From contig CAWHWQ010000003.1 in NCBI GenBank assembly GCA_963833095.1, forward strand, positions 1 to 64,000: a stretch of 64,000 nucleotides of DNA. The letters are read 5' to 3'. Below the pieces are notes generated by a model. The model ran no database searches and had not been told where the DNA came from. It worked only from the letters and a program-made list of their open reading frames with translations. The DNA comes from Vulcanimicrobiota bacterium (GTDB lineage: Bacteria > Vulcanimicrobiota > Vulcanimicrobiia > Vulcanimicrobiales > Vulcanimicrobiaceae). Each line of letters starts with the position of its first letter. Position 1 is the stretch's first letter. The position numbers and the translations under genes were made by a program. Below, piece by piece: positions 20,244 to 31,256 of the stretch.

Positions 20244-20664
20244 GTGCTTTCGGCGTTTGGTAATCGGCACGAACTGACCGAGGTCGAGGAGCGGCTCTCT
20301 CAGGCTCCCGATGATGTGTCGCTGCTTTTTTCGCGTGCCTGTTTACTCGATTTGCTCGGGCGCAATGATGAGGCGAAAGATGCCTACATCGAAGTCATCA
20401 AGCGCGATGGCACGCACATCGGGGCCCTCGGAAACCTGGGGACGCTGCTCTACAACGCGCGCTATCGCAGCGCGGCGCGGCTGACCCATGGTGAAGCGCT
20501 CAAACACCATCCGCGCGATATGCGCACGCTGATCAATCTCGCCAATGCGCTGCTCGAAAACAACGAGCTCGCCTTCGCGCGGGATTTGTACGAGCGCGCG
20601 CTGGAGGTCGATGCCCAATCGTCGCAGGCGCATCAAGGGCTGGGTCACGTGCTCGGACGGCTCG
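20244..20664 (+). pseudogene. Truncated copy A of the 5' end of the TPR/ATP-grasp gene
   Basis: Near-identical protein sequence to the 33875 gene (LLFSRAC.LDLLGRNDEAKDAYIEVIKRDGTHIGALGNLG...HQGL.HVLGRL), then an abrupt switch to unrelated sequence. Confidence 0.85.
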
Positions 20665-20808
20665 AATTTTCACGGGGCGCGCCCAGTGGATTGCCGATGT
20701 AGGCGGATTCACGGTGGGCAGTCAAGGGGCGGGAGCGAGCCGGTTCGGTAATTCGCTAAGATGCTTTGCTATTTGCTAGCCCTCGGGCACAATCAGGTGA
20801 ATTGATGG

Positions 20809-21104
20809 ATGTCTTTACCGGCGGTGGTCGCCCGTAGCATTCTCGATCGTGTGGGTACTGGCAATGCTCTTCATAATTGTGGGGGGGTGCCGGAGTTGGA
20901 TCCCTCGAGTTCGGCCCATTCCTCCTCTTGTTGATTCCGTTGTGGTTATCTCGGCTGCTTCTAGCCCGCACGTCGACCGCGTCCAACACGTTCAATAGAA
21001 CAGCGCTAAAGTCGATAGGTCTTGTGTGTGAGCTAGCGATGCTTGGGGCATTCGGCTATCTTTACACGTTGCTTGTACTGTCATTCTGCCCACATCCGGG
21101 ATAG
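20809..21104 (+). CDS. Small membrane protein, candidate orphan immunity protein (5' part frameshifted)
   Basis: Several hydrophobic stretches, ends CPHPG and lies within the cassette array. Confidence 0.4.
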
Positions 21105-21326
21105 CCGTTAGCGAAGAGGCGGGTGGGTAGAGCTAGTTCGAAGTGATCGTAGCACTGGCCGGAGCCGAAAATAGGTTCTGCCCTCGTGCTGGGGGACTGC
21201 TAAGGCCGTTCGCGGCATATAAAGCGCTTGTGCTTCCGGAATTTGGTAACCCGCACGAGCTGACCGAAATCGAGAATCGGCTCGCGCCGGCCGGAAGAAA
21301 GGGAATGGTAGGTATTAAACTTGTCG
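21088..21326 (+). repeat. ~240 bp direct repeat, copy 1 (contains short TPR-gene 5' fragment B)
   Basis: Almost identical to 32315-32553. Includes TATAAA...GTGCTTCCGGAATTTGGTAACCCGCACGAGCTGACCGAAATCGAG. Confidence 0.9.
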
Positions 21327-21344
21327 CCGCTCGTAGAGTCTTTT

Positions 21345-22606
21345 TGAAGCTGGCCCGCTTTCGCGGAGAGTTTTTGGTTAGACATCACGCGGCTTGACTC
21401 ATCCGCCGCTCGAACTCCATGGGTGAGATGTTGCCGATGGACGTGTGCCGGCGGCGTGGGTTGTAAAAGCCCTCGATGAATTCGAAGACTGCGAGAGCTG
21501 CGTCGCGTTGAGTTCTTGAAGCGATGCTTAACGAGCAACTCGCATTCGAGGATCGCGTTGAAACTTTCGCACATCGCGTTGTCGTAGCAATCGCCAACCG
21601 AACCCATCGAGGGCCGAACGCTCGCTTCGTCGCAACGTTTGCCGAAAGCGATCGAGGTGTATTGCGATCCCTGATCGGAGTGATGGATGACGTTCTTCGG
21701 CTTGTCGATTATGAATGGCCATGTCCAGTGCATCGACGACAAGTTCGGCACGCATGTGCGTCGCCATCGCCCAGCCAACAACGCGGCGACTGAAGACGTC
21801 GAGCACGATGGCGAGGAATAGAAAGCCAGTCAGACGTCGGCACGTAGGTGATGTCCGCGACCCAAAGTTCATCCGGCGCGGTCGCCGTAAACTGGCGGTT
21901 GACTAAATCGGGCGCGGGACGTGCATCTTTATCGCGGATGGTCGTCTTGAAATGCTTTGCGGCGAGTTGCCCCTTGGATATTCCGCTCGCGCATCAACCG
22001 CGCTACGCGTTTATCGCTCGCGAAGATATTCTCATCGCGCAGATCAGCTTGAATGCGCGGGCGACCATAGTTTTCAAACGAATCTCGATGGAGAGCTTCA
22101 ATGCGATCGCCAAGGACGATATCGGCTTGACGCCGTTTCGACGGCTGTCGTTTAAGCCACGCATAGTAGCCGCTGGTCGAGACCTCCAGCACGCGGCATT
22201 GCGTGACGATCGGCCAAATGGCGTGGTGCGCTTTCACGAATTCGAAGACTTTGACGGGAATCGAATCGGTCTCGCGTGCGAACCACGCCGCGGCTTTTGA
22301 CAGGATATCTCGCTCGATTTCAAGCTGCTTGATGCGCTTGCGAATCGCGCGATCTCTTCTTGCATCATCGGTCGTTACACCATCGCTACGACGGCCCGCA
22401 TCAAGATCGGCTTGCTTAACCCAATTCCGAACCGTTTGTCGCGCGAGCTTGAATTCGTCGGCAAGTTCGTCTGCGCCGCGACCCGATCGCGCGAGCTCAA
22501 TGATCTTAAGCCGAAAGTCCGCCGGGTAGGCCCGGGGATGTTTTCTGGCCATGGGTGGACCTTTCTCCGCTAAGCGGAAAGTATCCACGGAACCGGGCCA
22601 GCTTCA
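21345..22606 (-). mobile_element. IS3-family insertion sequence
   Basis: Terminal IRs TGAAGCTGGCCC / GGGCCAGCTTCA. OrfA MARKHPRAYPADF and OrfB motifs YGRPRI, HHSDQGSQY and DNAMCESFN. Confidence 0.93.
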
Positions 22607-23000
22607 GTGCGCCGACACTGTGACAGCTATTGGCCTATTTATCCTTTCCCTGGTCACCGACGGTGCCACAGCCATGCGGAATCCAGAAGCCGAAGCGGAA
22701 GAGCCCGTGTACGCTAGCGCTCCGCTTGGGAGAAGAGGCGCCCCGCTCAACACAGCGCCACGTACCAATTCCCCGGGCGCGGTCTTGGGGCGCGCCTATT
22801 CCGGGCACGCGTTTGACCAAATGCAAAGCCGCGGGGTCACGCCAACCGTCGTTGAAGACACAATAAAAACTGGTGTCAAGGCAGACTCAAGAGACGGAAC
22901 AACGACGTATACGTCCAGCGCAAATGGCGTACAAGTCGTCCTGAACAAGGAGGGTAAGGTAGTCACGGTGATAACAGTCGAGAAAACCAAGCCCCGCTAG
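22607..23000 (+). pseudogene. Orphan toxin C-terminus, DUF4258-like putative RNase, truncated by IS
   Basis: YSGHAFDQMQSRGVTPTVVEDTIKTG...VQVVLNKEGKVVTVI pattern; begins at the IS end. Confidence 0.65.
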
Positions 23001-23012
23001 CGAGGATGTTGC

Positions 23013-23456
23013 GTGGCCACTGAACTGAAGATAACAGCGCTCCCCGATTTCTCATTTGCGCTTTTAGTCAAGCAAAGGGCGCACCCGACCTCAAGCGATG
23101 AGGACGATCGAGAACTGCTCTCGTGCGAAGTGAAATTGGCTTGTGGGACGTTCCGAGGAGCGGCGGCGGGTTTCATCCGCATTCGAGAGCTCCGCGAGCT
23201 AAACGAAGCAATCCCACGAGGACTAGCGGGCGCCGAAGAGTTCTGCTTTAAGCCGATTGATGGGCTGTTTGAGCTTGAGCTTTTGACTCGGTCAACAGGC
23301 ACCGTTGCCGGGTTTGTCACAGTTATTCGCGAATTTCCAAGATGCCTACTAAAATGCCATTTTGAAGGCGCTGATCGGAACGCTCTGGAAGCGTCCGGTG
23401 CTGCGCTCCGCGATCTCCTGGACGCTTTTTCAGGCGACGCACAACGGGAACTATAG
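23013..23456 (+). CDS. WapI-like immunity protein
   Basis: Follows the toxin fragment. RAHPTSSDEDDRELLSCEVKLACGTFRG resembles the WapI-family N-terminus. Confidence 0.5.
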   Translation: MATELKITALPDFSFALLVKQRAHPTSSDEDDRELLSCEVKLACGTFRGAAAGFIRIRELRELNEAIPRGLAGAEEFCFKPIDGLFELELLTRSTGTVAGFVTVIREFPRCLLKCHFEGADRNALEASGAALRDLLDAFSGDAQREL

Positions 23457-23564
23457 GTCACGCGTTGCTTGTGTGAAGCGGGCAGTTATGGCCAAGGTCA
23501 TCAGTAACTGGAGTGCTGCATTGTGCCCTCTCACTTTGCAATTGCGGCGGAGCATGATAATCAC

Positions 23565-23841
23565 ACGCGCACGGTTGCGCCTGCAACTCCCGCGTGCCCT
23601 CAACGTTGTCCGGGCCTTCTCTTCCGATGCTGAGGGCAACCAGGCCGGTGTCGTGGATGCCGGCAACGGAGCCGGACCATACTACAATAATTCAATGGCG
23701 TACAGCGACCCTTCTGGCTTCGAGACCATTGAACTCTTCGACAATGAGTTTGGTCGTGGTGTGGGGCACGCAGCTATTTTAATAACGAGTGGACACGGCG
23801 ATAGTGGAAAACTCTATTGCTGGTGTGGCTCTAAAGGGTGA
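23565..23841 (+). pseudogene. Internally deleted Rhs remnant with truncated C-terminus
   Basis: LQLPRALNVVRAFSSDAEG matches [19 protein letters not shown] of the main Rhs and is joined almost directly to NNSMAYSDPSG. Confidence 0.7.
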
Positions 23842-24296
23842 TTACAATGCTGTCCTTCATTCTCTTCGCCCTTTCGGCGGAGCCGCGCGCGGCCGGTGCT
23901 CTTATTCCGCCGGGCCTCTATCAGGGTGGTTCACCCTGGTTCGTCGTCGCTTTCGAGTCCAGGTCATCGCGAACGCGGCTCATGTTCTGGTTCGAGGAGA
24001 AAGTAAACGGGCCGGTCGTCTCAGAAAGCTACGATCTTATTGCTCTGCCATCGTCGCACCGATACCGGATAGCGCATGGTGGCGCGTCGTGTGGCACAGC
24101 CGAAATCAGGCCCGCCAACGGAATTCTGACGATTAGGTACGGCGCGACTTTCCTCAAGGTGGCGCCCACGGATAGGACGGTCGTCAACACGGCCATTCAC
24201 CAGGTTGCGGATAATCAGCGTTACGCCCGCCTTCGACCAAATGGCAGCGCTACCGCCTGGTATTACGGCTCGGCCCTTCCAAAATGCACGAGATAG
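23838..24296 (+). CDS. Secreted hypothetical protein, candidate immunity protein
   Basis: Signal-peptide-like N-terminus; overlaps the stop codon of the Rhs remnant. Confidence 0.5.
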   Translation: MITMLSFILFALSAEPRAAGALIPPGLYQGGSPWFVVAFESRSSRTRLMFWFEEKVNGPVVSESYDLIALPSSHRYRIAHGGASCGTAEIRPANGILTIRYGATFLKVAPTDRTVVNTAIHQVADNQRYARLRPNGSATAWYYGSALPKCTR

Positions 24297-24499
24297 TTCC
24301 AGTCGAAGGGAGGCAGTTGGGGAGGCGCGCGGCTTATAGCGTTTCGTGCTCCCTCTCAAGCAGCACCCGGGTGATTCGGGCGGCGTTGGGAAGCGCGGGA
24401 CACCCAGGGGGCCCGCCCCTGGTGACCTCGACCGTTTCACTCGCCCGCGGAATGACCCGATAACAAAACGCTTGTGGAACTTGAGGAGACGAACCAAGC

Positions 24500-25203
24500 G
24501 TGATGCCCTCAGCATTTGACTTTCGTCGCGGCTTGACGTGCTCTTCAAACGCGAAGGCATGGCCATTGGCTACGATCGGTTCTTGAGAATCTATCGTGCA
24601 AATGGTTTGCAAGTTCGGCCGCGGCGGAACCGGAAAGCGAACTATGTTCGCGGCAACGTTGTGCCGGGGCGGTCAGTAGACCGAACAACGCTGGTCGATC
24701 GACTTCATGCACGACCGCCTGACAAACGGGCGCAAAATTCGAACCCTGAACATCGTAGACGACTTCACCCGCGAATGCCTGGCCTTACGTATCGCCTACT
24801 CGTTTGGGAGCGCCGACGTTATCCGAGAATTCGAGGATATCGCCTTCAAGCGCGGCTTTCCTGAAACCGTACGCTTCGACAACGGCTCGGAATTCACGAG
24901 CCTTGCGATGCTTGGTTGGAGCGCAGAGTGTAGGATTCAGACGCATTTCATTGCTCCGGGCAAGTCGACGCAAAACGCGAACATCGAGTCACTTAACGGA
25001 AAAATCCGAGACGAGCTGCTTAACATGCACTCGTTCACCACGATCTTCGAGGCTCGCCGATCCGCCGAGGCATGGCGCGCCGACTACAACGACGTTCGAC
25101 CGCACTCAGCACTCGATCTGCAGACGCCAAGGGAGTTCGCCGATCGATTCAAAACCAACCACTCCTCACAATTATCCGCGGCCTGAAATTGCCTCACATG
25201 TCA
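24500..25203 (+). mobile_element. Partial IS3-family (IS407-group-like) element, right end only
   Basis: OrfB motifs DFMHD, VDDFTRECLA, RFDNGSEF, IESLNGKIRDELLN and RPHSAL. Right end ...GCCTCACATGTCA resembles the ends of the 28547 element. The left boundary is approximate. Confidence 0.85.
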
Positions 25204-25730
25204 CCGGTTACACCGGCGTAGTCCAAGTAAATGGGAATACCGTTACAATAACCGTTTATGTAAAATTCACCGGAGATACCACAAGCGCGGAGGGGAAAAA
25301 GGCGGAACAGAACTTCGTAAACGGTCTCCTAGCCTACAGTGGCCAGCATGGCGCATTCACGGTCACGATGAACGTCGTCGAAGACACGAAAGACATAAAG
25401 AACAGCAGTCTCATTAACACGATCAATATTCAGGATGGCGATGCGCCATCGAGAGACAATAACGCGGCAAATCTTTGGACAATAGGTACAAGCAAGAGCT
25501 ACAATGAATGGGGCGACATGCATGAGGCAGGCCACGTGATAGGGCTTCCGGATGCATACGGTCAGAAGTTTTCGGATGAATGGAGCGGGAATATTATGAA
25601 GGAGCCTTACGGCAAGGTAGATTCTCGGGATTTTGTCTATATGCAACGCGCGGTAGGCAAGTCGGGATCGGCGACGCTCACTGCTGGAACGGCGTGCATG
25701 TCTTGCATGGTGGACCCGGGCTCGCCGTGA
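25204..25730 (+). pseudogene. Orphan Rhs C-terminus with zinc metalloprotease motif
   Basis: Starts at a (T)GY resembling the end of DPxGY, directly at the IS end. Contains HEAGHVIGLPD followed by NIM. Confidence 0.7.
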
Positions 25731-26227
25731 TGAAGCACCTAGCGCTCGCGGTACTCCTGGCGATTGCTTGCACCGAGCAGGCTTGTGCCGATCTGCCTAC
25801 ACCGACAAAGATACCGGGAGACAAGGCCGGCCCCTTATCAAAGGCTCCGGTTGTGCGGCTTGCGGCATTTCCTAGCTATCTTTCGCCTGAAAAGCGAGCG
25901 TTCCAACAGGGCGGCGACTTCGACACAAAAAGCTACTGCTCTGCGACAATTGACATCGGCGCTGATCCAGGTGTTCAGGCGTCGATCGTAATTCTTGGGG
26001 TCGATAACTACCTGAACACGTATGAGACGTTTCCACAGGGACGCTCCGTTACGCTGACCGGCAATGAGAAGCCAGGCGTTGATAACGTTGTCAGGATTTC
26101 TTTTGTGATCGAACTGCGCCAGAATCAGACCGCATTTCTCATCAATCTCATTGGTGACTCCATCAAGGCTCATAAGAATTTCTTTGTTAATATGACGCCA
26201 GTGGCGTGTGGTGCTTCGGTAAACTAG
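25730..26227 (+). CDS. Secreted protein, candidate immunity to the metalloprotease toxin
   Basis: MKHLALAVLLAIAC signal; start overlaps the toxin stop codon. Confidence 0.55.
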   Translation: MKHLALAVLLAIACTEQACADLPTPTKIPGDKAGPLSKAPVVRLAAFPSYLSPEKRAFQQGGDFDTKSYCSATIDIGADPGVQASIVILGVDNYLNTYETFPQGRSVTLTGNEKPGVDNVVRISFVIELRQNQTAFLINLIGDSIKAHKNFFVNMTPVACGASVN

Positions 26228-26312
26228 AAGCCAAGAAGCGAACGGGTGACCGATTCCTACTTCTTTTTGAAGCGGAGAACCAGGTCGCGGGCGAAGCGCA
26301 GCGCGTCGGCTT

Positions 26313-27149
26313 TGGGGCGGCAGTCTCGTCAACGAGCACTTTTCGTTGCCGGCGCAACTGCCAAGTGGCGAAGTCGCGGCGTTTACCGCGCTCACGCCGG
26401 ATCACATCTACAATCAGTGCTCCGTCGGCGTTTGTGCCGCACTGAGCCAAAAACCCATATGGGGCGGTCCAAGCGATGCGGGTACCAATCCGCCTGGTCT
26501 CCCCGCCGATGCGCGCAGAACGGACGGCTACCTTGTCGACGACAATGTATTTCAAGGCGCTCGAGTCTACGATCCCAACGCCAATCAGTGGACCACGCCC
26601 GACGCCTACGCAGGCGACGTTCACGACCCCATGTCGCAAAAGCCATATATGTGGAACAACAACAACGCGATGGCATACAGCGACCCAAGCGGGTACGAGG
26701 GCAATTGCCCAGGCTGTCAAGGACTAGGGGCCCAGCCCGAGGAGAAGATGCCGGCGAACGCAGAGCACTACGTTAAGTTAGAAGCGACCACCGGTTTTGG
26801 AGCGGTGTCCCTTACATTGACATCCTCCGGTCATGCCTACATCTCGGGCGGCGCTGGTGCGCCAGAGCCTTCGGTGTCTGTAATGGCTGGCACTATCGTA
26901 CGCAACGCGGGCAAAACCGCGGATGACGTCGTTAGTGGCTGGAGCGGGGGCGCCAGCTTCGGCGCAGGAGTGGGATTCGAAGCGTGGGGGAACGCGAGCG
27001 GGTCCGCCGTCGGCGTTGGCGTTACGACACCATGGGCTGGAGGCACGGCTACCTACGGCGTGCAAATCGCAAAGCCACAATCGAAGCCAGGCACACAGGT
27101 TACTAAAACGACCGCTACTAAGAAGGAGGACGCGGCTTCGCCGAAGTGA
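26313..27149 (+). pseudogene. Orphan Rhs module: core 3' end plus Gly-rich C-terminal toxin
   Basis: [48 protein letters not shown], followed by a Gly/Ser-rich beta-type domain. Confidence 0.85.
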
Positions 27150-27418
27150 TGGAGAGCAAAATGGTGATTGGTTTTCTTGCACTGATAATCTTGGGGTTTA
27201 TCGGCGTTAAAAGTGCACGTGGCATTCGCATTGAGGCGCGGGTGCGATATGTGGTGGTTTTCGTGATGCTTTGCGTGGCTGGTGCTACTGCTGCGTATTT
27301 TCATCGCGGTTTGATCGCCGATTGTGCAGGCGTATTCGCAATCGCGCTTGCTGCTGGTTTGGCGGTGATGCACCGTGCCTACCGCGCTGGAAGCGAGACG
27401 CCCGGGGTAAAAACGTGA
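27146..27418 (+). CDS. Small three-helix membrane protein, candidate immunity
   Basis: Overlaps the toxin stop codon; three hydrophobic segments. Confidence 0.6.
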   Translation: MMESKMVIGFLALIILGFIGVKSARGIRIEARVRYVVVFVMLCVAGATAAYFHRGLIADCAGVFAIALAAGLAVMHRAYRAGSETPGVKT

Positions 27419-27666
27419 ACTGGCCTGTCATCACGAACTGGCCCATGGCGATTTTCTTTGCAGTCGTCTGCTTTGGAATATCCGCATTCCTGGGGGGTGC
27501 TGCGCTAGTTGCGATAAAGGGGACGCCTAACTGGAAGCCCGCTCAACTGCTCGCTTGGTACGGAGCTGGCGAGTCGCGCCTGCGTCTGGTTCGCACGATC
27601 GGTGCGGCGCTTGGAGCGTTCCTCATTGGGGCGGTCGTACTTGCGCTTGCACTAGCTTCCAGGTAG
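27415..27666 (+). CDS. Small two-helix membrane protein, candidate immunity
   Basis: GTG overlaps the previous stop codon; two hydrophobic segments. Confidence 0.5.
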   Translation: MNWPVITNWPMAIFFAVVCFGISAFLGGAALVAIKGTPNWKPAQLLAWYGAGESRLRLVRTIGAALGAFLIGAVVLALALASR

Positions 27667-27779
27667 CGATCTTTCGTTCCGATCAAGCATGTGTTCATCG
27701 CGTGACGCTGGGAGCGACAAAAGCCTTGGTTGGAGTAGAAATAGCCGGAGATTTCGTTCAATACGTAAAATGGCGGCGC

Positions 27780-28549
27780 ATGCGCATGTTCATTTCTTTC
27801 GCAGCACTTATCATCGGATTGAGCAGCCCGGCCAGCGCCCAGATGGGACGGCGCCCCCGGCAGCAAGGCCTACCCCTCTCGACGCGGCCCGCGATCGTGT
27901 CGAGGCGATGCTCTCTACGGCGCACGCCGAGGCAAGTTGGTTTAGCGCTGCCCTCCTGGCGCAAGCTTCTGTCGGACAGGTTGAAGCGATTCTGGCGCGG
28001 TTCAGAGGTGCGCTCGGCAACTACGAAAGTTTGGAGGGGGCGAAAGGCGACTACATCGCCCATTTCGCGAACGGTACCGACGAAATATTGATTCATCTCG
28101 ATCCGGACAATAAAATCGATACCGTGACCTTCAAGCTCCCGAAACTTGTCGAGCGCGCGGGCGTGAGCGCTATGCGCCAGCTTTCCTTTCTGAAAGGATC
28201 TTGGGCTTGTACACTGAGGGGCGGCAGTTCCAACGGAACCGTTCAAGAAGTGAGATATTCGTTTTCATCTGATGGGTTGTGGATGACCGAGCTTTCACAG
28301 AGCGCGGGAGCGAAAAAGAAGGATTGGGCAACGCAAATGTGGGGATACGACGTTGGCGCTAGCAGGCTGGTCGCGTATCAATTTGCGGCTGACGGTGTGC
28401 ATACGAAAAACGTTGATGGTTGGATCGATGGTGTCTTTAGGAGCGAACGCGATGATAACGGGGCGATAGTTCGGCTGACACCGACCGGTCCGCAGTCAAT
28501 GCAGTGGTCCATTGAGAGTGCCGATCAATCACGTTTGGTCCGGGAGTGA
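27780..28549 (+). CDS. Secreted hypothetical protein (frameshift near 27850), C-terminus cut by IS
   Basis: MRMFISFAALIIGLSSPASAQ signal in one frame and the body in another. LSFLKGSWAC resembles DUF1579-type domains. The stop codon comes from the IS end. Confidence 0.45.
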
Positions 28550-29744
28550 CGCGTAAGGCAATTTCAGGCCGCGGATAATTGTGAGGGATGGTTGATTTTG
28601 AATCGATCGGCGAACTCCCTGGGCGTCTGCAGATCGAGGGCTGAGTGCGGTCGGACGTCGTTGTAGTCGGCGCGCCAGGCTTCGGCAGACCGACGGGCTT
28701 CGAAGATCGTGGTAAACGAATGCATATTGAGGAACTCGTCGCGGGTCTTTCCGTTAAATGATTCGACGTGGGCGTTTTGCGTCGGCTTTCCCGGATGCGA
28801 TGAAGTGCAGCTCGAATTGCCGCTCTGCGCCCCAGCGCAGCATAGCGTGGCTCGTTAACTCTGAGCCGTTATCAAAGCTGAGATTTTCGGTAGTCCGCGT
28901 TCGAAGGCAATGTCCTCGAACACGCTGATCACGCGCCGACTGCTGAAACCCCGAGTCGACGTCGACGGCCAAGCATTCGCGGGTAAAATCGTCGTCGATG
29001 TTCAAGCACGCGCACCTTGCGGCCATTGGCCAGCGGTCGTGCATGAAGTCGAGCGACCAACGCTCGTTGGGCGCGTGACCGGGGCGACGCGTTGCCGCGA
29101 ACGTAGTTGCACCTTGCGTTTTGCCGAGGCCGCACTTGCAGGCCATTCCCGGTAAATCCGCGAAATCGGTAGTATCCGATAGCAAGCCCTCGCGTATGAA
29201 GAGGATCAAAGGCGTCGCCACCCCCAACGCGGCCGCTGCGCTGCGAGATCCTGTAGCCGTGCTTTGACCGGCTGTCATCGTCCTTGGGTTTGCGAGGTAG
29301 TACAGATTGCTGCGCGTGTAGCCAACAGGGCGCATGCTCGCAACGCTGGGCAACTCCTCGATCTTGCAAGGCTCTCACCGCGTCTTGCCGCTGCGAGGGC
29401 CCCAGCCGTTTTTTTAAACCAGCTCTTTCATCGCATCGATCTCAAGCGTCAGCTTGGCGATGATGCGTTGCATCTGCGCGCTCTCGTCTTCGAGCTGCTT
29501 GAGGCGGACCAGATCGCTGGTCTCAAGGCCGCCATACTGGTCCCGCCAGAGCCGGATCGTGTTGGCGTGGATGCCGTGCTTGCGCCCGAGCTCGCTCACC
29601 GGCGTTCCGGCGTCGACCTCCTTGCAAGAATCGAGACGATCTGCGCCTCGGTAAAGCGACTTTTCGCAACCGCGTGTCTCCTTGCTGGGCTCTACGCCCG
29701 GAAACTCACAACTCCCGCAGGCCCGGATTAGGCCTTACGCGTCA
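28547..29744 (-). mobile_element. IS3-family (IS407-group-like) insertion sequence, frameshifted
   Basis: Perfect terminal IRs TGACGCGTAAGGC / GCCTTACGCGTCA. OrfA HGIHANTIRLWRDQYGGLE and OrfB PNERWSLDFMHD. Confidence 0.92.
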
Positions 29745-29755
29745 GAACCGAAGCA

Positions 29756-30842
29756 GCTCATTAGGATGGTGACGACCTGCTTTACGTATCGGGTCATCCG
29801 CTCTATCCGCTCACGATTTATTTCGAAAAGCTTGGATTTGTTACCGTAGGTTCAGGAATGTCCTCCATTACTGGTGTGTACGATCGCGACTGGGGCGGCA
29901 ATCTCGTAAACGAGCACTTTTCGTTGCCGGCGCGATTGCCAAATGGCGAAGTGGCGGCGTTTACCGCGCTCACGCCGGATCACGTTTACAACCAGTGCTC
30001 AGTGGGCGTTTGTGCCGCACTCAGGGCAAAACCCGTAAGCGGTGGTCCAAGCGATGCGGGTACCAATCCGCCTGGTCTCCCCGCCGATGCGCGCAGAACC
30101 GACGGCTATCTCGTCGACGGCAATGTATTTCAGGGGGCGCGCGTTTACGATCCCAATGCAAATCAGCGGACCACGCCCGACGATTACGGCGGCGACGTAG
30201 ACGCGCCCATGTCACAGAAGCCGTACGCATGGAACAATAACAACGGCATGGCCTACAGCGACCCAAGTGGCTACGACGGCGTCCTATTTCGGGATGCGAG
30301 CAATGAGGGAATGAATGCTGAGGCTCCTTCGCAAGTCGACAGCGAACAGTCGTGCCCCCCAGGCGGCACAGTATGTCACGGCCTACTGGTCATAGCGGAC
30401 GTTCAGGCGAGTGCCGCCATAGCGAACCAAATCCACCGCGTGAATTTGCAGCTTGGGTTCTGGACTGGATTCTTACAAGCTGGCATGTTCTTCCTCGGCG
30501 GCTGGGAGGGTGCGGCTGCTGAAGAAATCGGTGCCGCTCTGACTATAAGAAGAGTCACACTCTATCGTGTCTTTGGTGGCGAAGCAAAGGGCATGGGCAG
30601 ATATTGGACTACAGTAAACCCTGGGTCGGTGTCGGACTACAGAACGGCGGGCTGGACTGTTTCCCGGGAATAGTGGGCAGTTCGTAATAGAAGGTACCTT
30701 GAACAAGCTCGACGGTGTGCAATTCCAAACAGCGGCGTCAGGTCCGGGAGGGATAGGGGGCGGCCTTCCCGAGGTATATGTCCCTAACCCCGCATCCCAA
30801 ATTACAATAACTCGAGTCTCGGGAGCGAATCCTCCATTCTGA
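29756..30842 (+). pseudogene. Orphan Rhs module with putative ADP-ribosyltransferase-like C-terminus (frameshift near 30650)
   Basis: H*DGDDLLY (TGG to TAG) and a core ending AYSDPSG. The CT reads LYRVFGGEA...YWTT..., continuing in another frame as FVIEG...GGGLPEVYVPNP...NPPF. Confidence 0.8.
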
Positions 30843-30871
30843 GTGGAGGTTCGTTGAATGAATAGTAGGTC

Positions 30872-31237
30872 GTGAGAACACCGGATTTCTTCATCTCGGC
30901 TGCGGCCGAGGTCAACGGCGATTTGGCGGTCCCGCGAGCTTGTTGGGAGAGAAGCCGGCTTAGGGACGAGACGAGGGATGACTATATGCTCGTCGACGTT
31001 GCGCCCCCTGTCGTTGGGCAAAGATTCGGGCTCGGGGGACGTGACATAACTGACCTAGTCATCTCAGCGCGTTACCGAGGGTCGACGCTGTTTCCGGTGA
31101 GCGAATGGCCTTGCCATGTCTACATTGCCCGGATAAGGGATCCGCTTATCGCGACGACGCTGACGTTCACGGACGGCCAGGTCGAGTTAATCGGCTGGGG
31201 AATGATCTTTCGTAGCGTTGCGGATGCGAACGCATAG
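30872..31237 (+). CDS. Putative immunity protein
   Basis: Small cytoplasmic ORF directly after the toxin C-terminus. Confidence 0.55.
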   Translation: MRTPDFFISAAAEVNGDLAVPRACWERSRLRDETRDDYMLVDVAPPVVGQRFGLGGRDITDLVISARYRGSTLFPVSEWPCHVYIARIRDPLIATTLTFTDGQVELIGWGMIFRSVADANA

Positions 31238-31256
31238 AGGAAGGGATATTCACTCG

